A stretch of DNA of 63,777 nucleotides, counting the filler, from Octopus bimaculoides (Eukaryota), in the NCBI RefSeq assembly GCF_001194135.2. It is 10 parts of 8 records of this genome, joined end to end, with 100 filler letters (N's around TTAATTAATTAA, not from the genome) between each part and the next. Parts side by side here need not be neighbours in the genome. Positions count along the whole stretch, not along the records: positions 51,301 to 55,584 come from NC_068984.1; positions 55,685 to 58,353 come from NC_068983.1; positions 58,454 to 62,520 come from NC_068987.1; positions 62,621 to 63,777 come from NW_026324952.1; 6 more parts are not named here. One strand, 5' to 3'. Below are positions 51,628 through 63,777 of the stretch, piece after piece (position 1 is the first letter of the stretch; every line of letters begins with the position of its first letter). A program made the translations under genes and the position numbers. The notes beneath the pieces are model-generated. The model ran no database searches. It saw only the letters and a program-made list of their open reading frames with translations, and had not been told where the DNA came from.

Positions 51628-51670
<43 letters not shown>

Positions 51671-52242
51671 NNNNNNNNNNNNNNNNNNNNNNNNNNNNNN
51701 NNNNNNNNNNNNNNNNNNNNNNNNNNNNNNNNNNNNNNNNNNNNNNNNNNNNNNNNNNNNNNNNNNNNNNNNNNNNNNNNNNNNNNNNNNNNNNNNNNNN
51801 NNNNNNNNNNNNNNNNNNNNNNNNNNNNNNNNNNNNNNNNNNNNNNNNNNNNNNNNNNNNNNNNNNNNNNNNNNNNNNNNNNNNNNNNNNNNNNNNNNNN
51901 NNNNNNNNNNNNNNNNNNNNNNNNNNNNNNNNNNNNNNNNNNNNNNNNNNNNNNNNNNNNNNNNNNNNNNNNNNNNNNNNNNNNNNNNNNNNNNNNNNNN
52001 NNNNNNNNNNNNNNNNNNNNNNNNNNNNNNNNNNNNNNNNNNNNNNNNNNNNNNNNNNNNNNNNNNNNNNNNNNNNNNNNNNNNNNNNNNNNNNNNNNNN
52101 NNNNNNNNNNNNNNNNNNNNNNNNNNNNNNNNNNNNNNNNNNNNNNNNNNNNNNNNNNNNNNNNNNNNNNNNNNNNNNNNNNNNNNNNNNNNNNNNNNNN
52201 NNNNNNNNNNNNNNNNNNNNNNNNNTTTATTTTATTGTTTAA

Positions 52243-52345
52243 TGAGTCACGACGATTGGCCGGAATAGGATGTTATTGTGACCGTCCTAAAATGGCGGCT
52301 AAAGTAAAAAAATTAAAAAAATCGGCCGTGAAGTGTTTCTTTCTA
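52243..52345 (+). promoter_or_regulatory. Promoter-like motif cluster (AP-1 TGAGTCA, reverse CCAAT, YY1 AAAATGGCGGC) in a CpG-rich patch
   Basis: TGAGTCA 52243-52249, ATTGG 52255-52259, AAAATGGCGGC 52289-52299. Motifs only; no transcript evidence. Confidence 0.35.
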
Positions 52346-52519
52346 TTTCCGCGATAATCTACTAAATAATGGTCATAAAGCGGATGCAAATGATTGAACT
52401 GAGTGCTGAGAGATCGATACTGAGGCAACTGTCGTTGATGGTTTAATTGTGTGAAGGGATTTAGCGATTTGGTTTAATAGTATCGATGTCCATGTATTTA
52501 CAAATTATATTTACACACT

Positions 52520-52870
52520 CCCACTTATATTTTATATTATATTCTGTTATATTATTTTATTGTTCCTTATATTATTTTATATTATTTTATCGTATCTTAA
52601 ACTATATTGTTATCTTATTGTATCATATCTCATATTAATTTATATTATTTTATCTTATATTCTATTGTGTTAAATTATTTTATATTATATTGTATTATAT
52701 TATATGATCTTATATTAATTTATATTATTCTTTCCTATCTTATATTATGTTATATTATTTTATAATTTACATCATTTTATATTATTTTATCGTATCTTAT
52801 ATTATTTTATCTTATCTTATATTATGTTATATTATTTTATCTTATATTTTATTATGCTATATTATATTAC
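52520..52870. repeat. AT-rich (TATAT/TTATA)-based degenerate satellite
   Basis: Repeated ttatattattttat units. Confidence 0.85.
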
Positions 52871-53294
52871 ACACACACACGCATGCACACACACAAACAC
52901 ACACTGTGGGTAACTGTGAATTCGAAGTTACCGCTTACTAAACTCAGTCATTCCTTTTGCTGTGTATGTATAATATATCATGTATTCTATAAAGAAATGT
53001 ATTGAGCAATTCGTTAGTTTAAAGTTAAATTGTTTTAATTATAATTAAAACAAAGCAATGAACTAGTGGAATCGTTTGTACGCCAAACGCAGCGCTTAGC
53101 GGCGTTTCGTCCGTCTTTACGTGCAAAGTTCACATTCCATTGAGGATGATTTTGCCTTTCATCATGTTGAGGTCCATGAAATAAGTATCAGTCGAGCTCT
53201 ATGGATCGATGTAATCGACTGGACTCTCACCCGAAATGACAGGCCTTCCACCTAGAGTAGAATAGATTGTAACTCAACATAGACAAACATTAAT

Positions 53295-53339
<45 letters not shown>

Positions 53340-54171
53340 NNNNNNNNNNNNNNNNNNNNNNNNNNNNNNNNNNNNNNNNNNNNNNNNNNNNNNNNNNNNN
53401 NNNNNNNNNNNNNNNNNNNNNNNNNNNNNNNNNNNNNNNNNNNNNNNNNNNNNNNNNNNNNNNNNNNNNNNNNNNNNNNNNNNNNNNNNNNNNNNNNNNN
53501 NNNNNNNNNNNNNNNNNNNNNNNNNNNNNNNNNNNNNNNNNNNNNNNNNNNNNNNNNNNNNNNNNNNNNNNNNNNNNNNNNNNNNNNNNNNNNNNNNNNN
53601 NNNNNNNNNNNNNNNNNNNNNNNNNNNNNNNNNNNNNNNNNNNNNNNNNNNNNNNNNNNNNNNNNNNNNNNNNNNNNNNNNNNNNNNNNNNNNNNNNNNN
53701 NNNNNNNNNNNNNNNNNNNNNNNNNNNNNNNNNNNNNNNNNNNNNNNNNNNNNNNNNNNNNNNNNNNNNNNNNNNNNNNNNNNNNNNNNNNNNNNNNNNN
53801 NNNNNNNNNNNNNNNNNNNNNNNNNNNNNNNNNNNNNNNNNNNNNNNNNNNNNNNNNNNNNNNNNNNNNNNNNNNNNNNNNNNNNNNNNNNNNNNNNNNN
53901 NNNNNNNNNNNNNNNNNNNNNNNNNNNNNNNNNNNNNNNNNNNNNNNNNNNNNNNNNNNNNNNNNNNNNNNNNNNNNNNNNNNNNNNNNNNNNNNNNNNN
54001 NNNNNNNNNNNNNNNNATAAGTCCTGGGGTCGATTTGCTCGACAATAAAGGCGGTGCTCCAGCATGGCCACAGTCAAATGACTGAAACAGGTAAAAGAGT
54101 ATGTATGATTGTATGTATGTATGTATGTATGTATATATGTATGTATGTATGTATATATGTATGTATGTATG

Positions 54172-54205
<34 letters not shown>

Positions 54206-54720
54206 TGTATGGAAAGAATGAGTGAAAGTGAAACTAATATTTTCGATGTATAAAATGAATCGTTAGAGAGACGCCGTTAAATTGTACCTGCCCTGAAGAA
54301 ACCCATCAATAAAATTAACTCTAATCTCTAATAATCCACTTTTGCTGTTTTTCTTATTTAAGTAACGGATTATCGTTAAATGGATCTAATTACAAGCAAA
54401 CACCACGCTTAATATTTTAATTCAATTTCCGGTCGGCGTAACAAAATTCTATTATTAGCTGTAATAAGGCAGCAGACTGGCGCAATCGTTAACACACGGG
54501 ACAAAACGCTTAAAGCATTTCGTCCGCCTTTGCGTTTTGAGTTCAAATCATGCCGAGGTCGACTTTGCTTTTCATTGTTCCGGGGTCGATAAAATAAGAG
54601 CCAGTTGAATATTGGGGTCGTTTAATCGACTTATCCCTCACCTAAAATTGCTCGTCCTTTTACCAATGTTTGAAACTATTATTATTATTATAATCGGCCA
54701 TTGTGGCTGATAAAGAAAGG

Positions 54721-54757
<37 letters not shown>

Positions 54758-54859
54758 NNNNNNNNNNATATATATATATATACATACACAAAAATTGCAT
54801 ACTTGCATGCATTACATAAACACACAAGCACATATACGAGTGCAAATTTGTAGGTTTTG

Positions 54860-55265
54860 TTTGTGTGTCTTGACATGCGTATAACATTTACAGTTCCAGT
54901 GATGGCTTGGAACTATAGTTTTTGAATCAGCTTTCTCCTTTCTTGTTTTGAGAAGCCTAATTTCTCAAAATTGCTGCTTAGGTAGTTTATTATCTATCCC
55001 AGTTCTCCAATAGTTACAGCTATAAACCTGAACTTGTAATTCGGGTAGAGTAACTGCAAATTTCTCAATAGTCCATTGCAGGTGTTTTCTTTATCGCTGA
55101 TCTTTAGCTTTATGTTAACATCCTGATGTCCACTACCGCACACAGTTTCTCTTTCTTGTCCCAAATCACAATGTCTGGTCTGTTATGTTTACATTCTATT
55201 GAGGCTTTCTCTAAGACATTCCACCAGTACATTTTTTAAATTTTGAGTGGATATGACCTCTATCA
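54860..55265 (-). mobile_element. Dong/R4-type LINE fragment (restriction-like endonuclease domain)
   Basis: ECKHNRPDIVIWDKKETVCAVVD motif. Confidence 0.75.
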
Positions 55266-55489
55266 TACATACATATGTATGTATGTATGTATGCATGTAT
55301 GTATGTATGTATGTATTAGGCGTAGGAGTGGCTGTGTGGTAAGTAGCTTGCTAACGAACCACATGGTTCAGGGTTCAGTCCTACTGCGTTGCACCTTGGG
55401 CAAGTGTCTTCTACTATAGCCTCGGGCCGACCTAAGCCATGTGAGTGGATTTGGTAGACGTAAACTGAAAGAAGCCCGTCGTATATATG

Positions 55490-55529
<40 letters not shown>

Positions 55530-55684
55530 TGTGTGTCTGTGTTTGTCCCCCCTTCCCAATATCGCTTGACAACGGATGCTGGTGNNNNNNNNNNNNNNNN
55601 NNNNNNNNNNNNNNNNNNNNNNNNNNNNTTAATTAATTAANNNNNNNNNNNNNNNNNNNNNNNNNNNNNNNNNNNNNNNNNNNN

Positions 55685-55760
<76 letters not shown>

Positions 55761-56460
55761 TTATGTGTGTATCTATGTGTTGTGGAGTTTAGTGTTCTAG
55801 GAAATTTCCCAATAATGTCATGATATTTATTTTACTTATAGAAAGTTATAGTGTACTTATTCATATGTTTAAAAATTAAATAGAATATGTCTATGACAAG
55901 CAGAATTATAGTATTGTCTAGGAAAATTTATCTATGATTAGTATATTTACAAGCAATCAAATCATAATATATTTAGCACAATGGAGTAAATTATCGGAAG
56001 TTTTGTAACTACTGTATCCTTCTATAATTAGCTCTATTGACCTTTAGAAAAAATATAATATAGCAGCTTCATTCACATTTTCCCTGCAAAAGATTATGCA
56101 ATCTTAATACAGCAACTCAGTTTAAATAAAGAGTCAAAATATAATTTAAGATACAGTAAATACAAGTAAAGTCTTCAGATATATAGATGCAAGCATGGAT
56201 AGCCATGTGGTCAACATTGCTTTGCAGTAATATGGTTGAATTTGAACACACTACATGACTCATTGGGACAGAGTATTTTATAACCTGTGAATGACCAAAG
56301 CTTCTTCTATGAAATTTAGTACTCTTTTACTCTTTTACTTGTTTCAGTCATTTGACTGTGGCCATGCTGGAGCACTGCCTTTAGTTGAGCAAATCGACCC
56401 CAGGACTTATTCTTTGTAAGCCTAGTACTTATTCTCTCGGTCTCTTTTGCCGAACCGCAT

Positions 56461-57027
56461 TATCTAGGTGACCAAGTCAGTAGCTGGGGTGGATGCTCTG
56501 AGAGTGTAACTGCTAGAATAAGAATAGCCTGGGCAAAGTTCAGAGAGCTCCTACTTCTGCTGGTGACAAACGGCCTCTAGCTCAGAGTAATAGGTAGACT
56601 GTATAATGCATGTGTGCAAACAGCCATGCTACATGGCAGTGAAAAATGGGTCGCGACTGCTGAGGACATGTGTAAGCTTGCAAGGAAAGAAGCTGGTATG
56701 CTCTGCTGGATGTATAATGCCAATGTGCATATATAACAGAGTGTAAGTGCCCTGAGAGAAAAGTTGAGCATAAGAAGCATCAGAAGTGATGTGTAAGAGA
56801 GACGACCGTGCTGGTATGGTCATGTGTTGTGTATGGAAGAGAACAGCTGTGTGAAAAAGTGTCACACTCTAGCAGTAGAGGGAACCTATGGAAGAGGTAG
56901 GCCCAGGAAGACCTGGGCTGAGGTGGTGAGGCAAGACCTTCGTACATTGGGCCTCACCGAGGCGATGACTACTGACCGAGACCTTTGGAAATGTGCTGTG
57001 CGTGAGAAGACCCAGCAAGCCAAGTAA
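56461..57027 (+). mobile_element. RTE LINE 3' coding fragment
   Basis: YLGDQVS..GCSESVTARIRIAWAKFREL...LYNACVQTAMLHGSE.W...WYGHVLCME...GRGRPRKTWAEVV..DL...DRDLWK..V*. Confidence 0.92.
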
Positions 57028-57980
57028 GATCATTGCCAGTGCCCCTGGACTGGCTTTTGTGCGGGTGGCACATAAGATGCACCATTTTGAGCGTGGTCGT
57101 TGCCAGTACCGCCTGACTGGCCTTCATAGGATTTTCGAGCGAGATCGTTGCCAGTGCCCCTGGACTGGCTTGTGTGGGTGGCACATAAANNNNNNNNNNG
57201 CATGGCCGTTGCCAGTATCACCTGATGGCCTTCATGCAGGTGACACATAAAAGCACCTACTACACTCTCTGAGTGGTTGGCGTTAGGAAGGGCATCCAGC
57301 TGTAGAAACTCTGCCAAATTTAGATTGGAGCCTGGTGTTGCCACCCGGTTTCACCAGTCCTCAGTCAAATCGTCCAACCCATGCTAGCATGGAAAGCGGA
57401 CGTTAAACGATGATGATGATGATGATGATGATATTGAGTCAAATGAAGTCATAGTCATGGCCAATGACAGTACCAGTTGATTGGCACCCATGTCGGTGAC
57501 ACATAAAAGGCACCATTGAAGCATGGTTATTGCCAGTGGCCCCTGACTGGCTCTCATACCGGTGGCTTGTAAAAAGCACCAATCAAGTGTGGTCGATGCC
57601 AGTACTGCCTGACTGGCCCTCATGCTGGTGGCACATAAAAAGCACCCACCACACTCTCAGGCATCCAGCTGTAGAAACTCTGCCAGATCAGATTGGAGCC
57701 TGGTGCAGCCTCCTGGTTTGCCAGCACTCAGTCAAACCGTCCAACCCATGCCAGTATGGAAAGTGGACATTTAATAACGATGAGGATGATGATGATGATG
57801 ATGATGATGATACAAATACCACAAATACAACAGAAATATATATATATGGCACTAGGAAGTGCATCCAGCTGTAAAAACCATGCCAAGTCAGACTGGAGCC
57901 TGGCACAGCCCCATAGCTTGCCTTTTCTGGTCACACTGTCCACCCCATGCTAGCATGGAGGACGCGTTAAATTATGATGA
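57028..57980 (+). repeat. RTE-type 3' UTR: tandem hairpin units and three (GAT)n-ended tail copies
   Basis: Repeated gccagt-N-actggc...gtggcacataaaagcacc units; tails ending ...cccatgc(t/c)ag(c/t)atgga...gatgatgat near 57420, 57800 and 57980. Confidence 0.8.
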
Positions 57981-57994
57981 TATATGTATATACA

Positions 57995-58353
57995 CCACAG
58001 GCATCAAGCTGTTAGATCAGGTTATGAAAGTTACGGAGAGGGTCATAGCCCAACTAATTAGGGAGCGAATCAATTTAGATGAGATGCAGTTTGGGTTCAT
58101 GCCAGGTAAAAGCACTACTGATGCCATATTTCTAGTGAGACAGCTGCAGGAGAAATACCTAGCCAAAGATAAACCTCTGCACCTGGCCTTCGTTGACATG
58201 GAGAAAGCCTTTGACAGGGTCCCCTGATCCCTTATCTGGTGGTCAATGAGGAAACTTGGGATAGAAGAATGGTTAGTGAGAGCTGTGCGAACCATGTACG
58301 GAGATGCTGCCAGTAAGGTGAGGGTTGGAAATGAGTACAGTAATGAATTCCGG
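57995..58353 (+). mobile_element. RTE LINE reverse transcriptase fragment
   Basis: GIKLLDQVMKVTERVI...QFGFMPGKSTTDAIFLVRQLQEKY....LHLAFVDMEKAFDRVP* followed by WWSMRKLGIEEW; cut by an assembly spacer. Confidence 0.93.
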
Positions 58354-58452
58354 NNNNNNNNNNNNNNNNNNNNNNNNNNNNNNNNNNNNNNNNNNNNTTA
58401 ATTAATTAANNNNNNNNNNNNNNNNNNNNNNNNNNNNNNNNNNNNNNNNNNN

Positions 58453-58590
58453 NTCCCCGAGAACTACGTTAAGGGTACACGTGTCTGTCGAGTGCTCAGC
58501 CACTTGCACGTTAATTTCACGAGCAGGCTGTTCTGTTGATCGGTTCAACTGGAACCCTCGTCATCGTAAGCGACGGAGTGCCAACAACAA
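58453..58590 (+). mobile_element. Interspersed repeat family D (SINE-like 3' end)
   Basis: cacttgcacgttaatttcacgagcagg...gatcaactggaaccctcg...gacggagtgccaacaa, also at 31925-32010 (+) and, diverged, at 5532-5640 (-). Confidence 0.75.
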
Positions 58591-58639
58591 CAATGTATGT
58601 ATGTATGTATGTATGTATGTATGTATGTATGCATGCATG

Positions 58640-59135
58640 TATTGGGAAATGGAAGCACAATAGCGAAATTGACAGAGGAAAAGAGTGCACAGTTGTTGTT
58701 CTAAGTCTGAAAGAGGGAGAATGATGCACGAGAAGATCAAGAGAAGGTTTAGAAAGAATAAACCTGTGGAAAACGAGTGAGTGTTGCTTTTTATGTGTGT
58801 GATTTCTGGAAGGAAATGCTTGAGTCGCGCAGGCCTGGTCAACAATCAGAGAACTAACAGGACTCAACCCCTTGTAAATTGTGATGCGGTTAATGCTCAC
58901 AACAGAAAATGTGCAACTTGTGGAAAGGTGTGCCTTTCAGTTGGAGGATTGAAAAGACATATCAAAAGACTTCATACTGCGGCACCTGTTGCCACTGCCA
59001 GCCAGTGCAGCTGTGCATTATGCAATAGAATGTGAAAACCTTTGGCCGGGCTCAAGAATCATACAAGAGCCACACGTTGCATCATCAATACCTCATTTCT
59101 AGCAATGCTCGTATACGAGGAAGCCGCTACTATGT
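58640..59135 (+). mobile_element. LINE 3' end (RTE-like) encoding two C2H2-like fingers
   Basis: CATCGKVCLSVGGLKRHIKRLH and CALCNRM*KPLAGLKNH, followed by a short tail. No splice signals are evident. Confidence 0.55.
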
Positions 59136-59391
59136 ATAAAATCATTTGCGTCCTAAATACTACCGAGAGCTTTCATACGACTAACCTTTCCATTTGGAAA
59201 ATATAATCAAATTAAATTCTGACTTGCAAACCGTCCCTAGGCAGTTGCACACACATATACACACGCGCGCATGCATGCACTCACGTACGCACACATACAC
59301 GCACGCACGTACACGCATACACACACATAGTGTGTGTGTTCGTATACATATTTATAAGTAGACAGACAGACAGACAGACAGATAGATAGAG

Positions 59392-59459
<68 letters not shown>

Positions 59460-61362
59460 GCATGTACGTATGAATGAATATATATATATGTATGTGTGTG
59501 TGTGAACTTATGGATGTATTATGTTGATAAGCAGGTAGGTAGGTAGATAGGTAGGTAGGTAGGTAGGTAGGCAGGCAGGGAGGTTAAGCCCGATGGAATT
59601 TGAGCCACTATACATGTACTACTACTAACACCACACCACCACTACTGCTGCTACTACTGCAGTAATGTATAATATTTTGCTTGATACTATGTGCTGAAGT
59701 ATTACGTTTTTAACGAACTTTGGGAGAAGATCGAGGTTAACATAACGCAGCAAGTTCGAGTGTTAACGCTTTCAAACAATCTTAACTACGGAAGGAAATC
59801 GAAGACAAAATCGAAACTTTGAACATAATAAAATCGATGGCAACATGCCCTTGTAAATTTATGCATCAAAAAAGAAATAAGTGTTTCTAATTTAGACACA
59901 AGACCAGTAATCTTGAGGTGTAGTGGGGAACAGCCCATTAAATGGAACCCCACTTTTGACTAGTACTTTATTTTATCAAGCTCGGATGGAGCTTGACGAA
60001 ATGACAAAAAGTATTTTTATCCGATGATTTAACGATTCTACCAGCTCACTGCCATCCCCACCCCCGAAAACAGAGATAATTATCTTGTGGGTTGTATTAA
60101 TTTCTTTGATTTTGCCTCCAAAATTTCATTCATTCATAAAGGAATGTAGAAAATGTGTGAAAATGTACAACGAGGTGATATAAAAATGAAGGAAGGAGTT
60201 GAGACGTTACATAATATATTGAGATATGTTAAATATTTTGATTACAAAAATAATTACACAGTGTAATTATTTGCTTCGCAAGCGTGGCTGTGTGGTTAAG
60301 AAGCTTGCTTTCCAACTATATGGTCCAAGGTTCAGTCTCACAGCCTGGTATCTTAGGCAAGTGTCTTCTACTATAGCCCCGGACAGACCAAAGACTTGTG
60401 AGGGAATATAGTACACGGAAACAGAAAGAATCCCGTCGCATATATATATATATATATATATATGATATCTGTGTTTTTGTGTTTGAGTTCCCCCCCCCAC
60501 CCTCACCGCTTCACAACCTATTATATTTTGCTAACGTCCACGTAAACTAGCCAATCAGTTACATTACAAACTTACGTCCCCGTAAACTAGCCGTCAGTTA
60601 CATTACAAATTTAACAACACTAATACCATTTTACAATACCAGTGATATTATTAATACATCTTAAACCAATGTTGAACCTGCTTTAAATGACAGCCCAATC
60701 TCCATTCAAACCACTTTAACGTCTTAAAAAAGATGAATGTTATATTGAGTTCCTGGCACGTAGGAATAACTTTAATCATAAGTTTGTTTTATCAGTGTTA
60801 CCGTGGGGCTAAACAATAACGACGACAAATATTAGTAATGATTGCAGATTTTTCATGGCCAATGATCATGAGAAAGAGTGGCACATCCTAAACTGGTTAT
60901 ATAAACCAATTCTTAATGCTTGTAGGGTTTTTCTTCCTACCTGCACTTAATAGTTTTAAACTAAGAGTCAGCCAATGCAATCCACAGTGGTTAAGATGAC
61001 TGTGGTGACCAGTAAGCTGTAGATTTTACATTGAAGTGGCCATCTACTAGGTGAATTGCCTTACAGGGCTAGAGGGCTCCACCTACCATAGAGTTGCCAG
61101 AAGAGTGTCAAAGAGCTTAGGATTAGAATACTACAAAAACGACTCTGTTAATACCATCCTTCCATCACATATACAACAGCAAAAACAACATGAGATATAA
61201 TTCATTCGAAAATACCGCTGAAAAAGTACTTATTCAACATCGTAGATTCTGTCATCTCCAAAATAGTATCAACTACAGCACAAAACATTTAATACGAACT
61301 GCAATGTCATCAACACTACTAACAGTACCAATGATATACTGTCAGCATTACCAGCCTAGAGT

Positions 61363-61800
61363 TAAGGCGGTGAGCTGGCAGAACAGTTAGTACACCGGAC
61401 AGAGTGCTTCGCAGCATTTCGTCCGTCTTTTTTGAGTTCAAATGCTGCCGGGGTCGATTTTTGCCTTTCATCCGTTCGTGGTCGATAAAATAAATACCAG
61501 TTGAACATTGCGGTTGATACAATCGACTTATCCCCGAAATTGCTGGCCTTGTGCCAAAATTTGAAACCAATATTGCTAATCCAGAGAAGGCGCGAGCTGG
61601 TAGAATCGTTAGCATGCCGAGTAAAAAGCTTAGCGGTATTTTGCCCGTCTTTACGTTCTGAGTTCAGTTTCCGCCGAGGTTGATTTAGCCTCTCATCCCT
61701 TTCGGGATCATTAAAATAAGCAGCAGTTGAGTAATGTGGTCGATGCAGTCGACTCGCCCTTCCACCGAAATTGCTGGCCTTGTACCAAAATTCGAAACAT
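61363..61800 (+). mobile_element. Two head-to-tail SINE family A copies
   Basis: Copies start near 61363 and 61588; both end gtgccaaaatttgaaac / gtaccaaaattcgaaac. Confidence 0.9.
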
Positions 61801-62046
61801 TATCAATCTAGCCCCATCGATACAGCGCCACCGATACAACAGCGCCGATACCACCATACTATCCCAACACAACACCTGTGCAATCTCCGTCACCACCACC
61901 ACAACAACCCTATCTTAAAAAACCTATTTTAAAGATGTCTGCACTGAACAGCTTCCAGTTTCAGGTTGCCTTATCTAAACATCACGACTACAACCCATAC
62001 TACTTCCACTACTACCAATTACCACTACTCACAAACCCACCCAAAC

Positions 62047-62267
62047 TACGAAAGGTTGCTGAAAAGTTCCTAACGATAAGGCTGTCGCGAAAGGCCTGGC
62101 TAGAGGCCGAACATTCCGAGTTGTTTTACAGGGCTTAGAGAAACTGAAGGACCGCTGCGATAAGTGTGTGAATCTGAGAAGGGAATATGTTAAATAGAAT
62201 CATAATTAACTGATTCTCCTGTATTTTCTTTTACCCAAAGTCAGGAACTTTTCAGCACCCCCTCGTA
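62047..62267 (+). mobile_element. Internally deleted mariner (MITE-like) with both TIRs
   Basis: TA-cgaaaggttgctgaaaagttcct ... aggaacttttcagcaccccctcg-TA. The interior retains the transposase C-terminus (...LEKLKDRCDKCVNLRREYVK*). Confidence 0.85.
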
Positions 62268-62754
62268 CATACACACACAGACACACACATTCACACGCAA
62301 ACACTCACAAACACACATACACATATATAAGTATACCTATTTACATATATATAAATTCAAAAAGGGATGAAAATCTTTTACAAGAATGTTATCAAGAAGC
62401 CAGTGTGTAAAAAAATTCATAAGGGAAATTTCTATTCCCAAGAATATAATTATTCGTTTATATTTATATAAGGGGCATTACTACAGAATAATGCCACACA
62501 CTGATACATATATACGAGTTNNNNNNNNNNNNNNNNNNNNNNNNNNNNNNNNNNNNNNNNNNNNTTAATTAATTAANNNNNNNNNNNNNNNNNNNNNNNN
62601 NNNNNNNNNNNNNNNNNNNNTATATATATATATCTACCTATCTATATATATATATATATATATATGTATACATACATACAGATATATATATATGCATACA
62701 TACATGTATGCACACAGACTTACATTTATATATGCAAATATATACATTTATGCA

Positions 62755-63125
62755 TACATAAAGATAAAACTTCGATAGAATTCGAGCATAACATGCCAGA
62801 TATAATGATCAGGGACAAACAGAAGAACTATGCGCAGTATTTCAAGTCAGTTGCCCAAACAGACGTCAACATAATGTTAAAGATTAGTAAAGAAAGAAAA
62901 CACTCAAGTTAAACTGATGAGGAATTTGCTGTTCTTTCATCTGGACAATAGCTTTAGATATCTACCTGTAATTACCAGCGGGCTTGGCTACGTGCCCAAC
63001 TGCTTAAATATTAATCAAGAGAAGGGGGTATTTACCCATATAACTTATCAAAGGCACTGTTAAAGTATGCAAAATGTTCACGGATTTTAGCATGTAATAA
63101 GAAGCAGATATGCAATTACATGTAC
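62755..63125 (+). mobile_element. Dong/R4-type LINE fragment (restriction-like endonuclease domain), degraded
   Basis: DKTSIEFEHNMPDIMIRDKQK motif. Confidence 0.65.
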
Positions 63126-63365
63126 GTCTGTACCCACTTTTGTTTTGCACATACATATGTATATGCATATATGTGTGAACATCCATAGTTGAGTGCATGC
63201 ATATATATATACATATAAATGGATGTATGTAGGCATGTATGTGCGTATGTGTGTGTTTGATTGTTTGTGTGTTTGCGTGTTTGATTGCTTCTTATATACA
63301 TATAAGGCGGCGAGCTGGCAGAACCGCTAGCACGCCGGGCGAAATCCTTAGCGGTATTTCGTCTG

Positions 63366-63777
63366 CAAAAGCATGGTGATACCTGCTCAAAGGCCTACGC
63401 AAAGTTTTCAAGCGGTTTTCATCGTTCTCGACACAGTCAAGGAGATCTTGTGCAACTGAAACCGGAGTGTCTTTCTGGTTGGTCAGCTGAAAGCAGTTTT
63501 GGCACAAACTTGGCAGACGTGTCTCGTACCCAAATCTTCAGTGATAATGGACTGAACTGAATCGTAACTAATTTGCACATCCTCTGATAACTCACGCATG
63601 GTGATTCAACGATTTCCCCTCACAGCTGCACGCACATTTGCGATGTTTTTCTCAGTTCTGCTAGTTGCGGGTCTCCAAGAACCTTCGTCAATATTGGGAT
63701 TTTTTCGGACATCTTCAAAACATCTGAAAAACCCGTACCCTTGTGTGCGGCTCATACACTCCTCTCCATACACTTTC
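63366..63777 (-). pseudogene. Mariner transposase N-terminal fragment running off the window
   Basis: KVYGEECMSRTQ...RPATSRTEKNIANVRAAV..NR*ITMRELSEDVQIS, with stops and frameshifts; abuts a SINE head at 63304-63365. Confidence 0.85.

Noticed and set aside
62914-62945. CTGATGAGGAA...TTCT hammerhead-like start
   Set aside because: No GAAA or cleavage triplet follows, and it lies inside a LINE fragment.

Overview
AT-rich, microsatellite- and SINE-dense animal genomic DNA with many N gaps. The repeat landscape looks like a coleoid cephalopod, probably Octopus (inferred from recalled repeat motifs, not from a search). Nine identical 100-bp spacers (44 N + TTAATTAATTAA + 44 N) split the window into ten joined pieces. 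Nearly all long ORFs in the supplied track are artefacts of N runs or simple repeats. One real protein-coding gene can be assembled by hand: the 3' part of a minus-strand, multi-exon KIAA0825-like gene (exons about 22.5-32.4 kb) with GT-AG sites and consistent phases, including a candidate frame-coupled 20+7 nt micro-exon pair. The rest is transposon debris: tRNA-derived SINEs, RTE and Dong/R4-type LINE fragments, three mariner remnants, a Chapaev3-like fragment, two palindromic MITE-like elements and Penelope-like repeat ends. The most notable signals are (1) a nearly canonical type I hammerhead ribozyme on the minus strand at about 7.66-7.76 kb, with a palindromic stem III loop and an unusually long branched stem II, plus degenerate relatives elsewhere, and (2) a higher-order tandem array built from the YSPDL-motif codons of a mariner transposase. 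No CRISPR, rRNA or intact tRNA gene was found, and I cannot support a wholly new biological system. All homology calls rest on remembered sequences and need BLAST/HMM confirmation.
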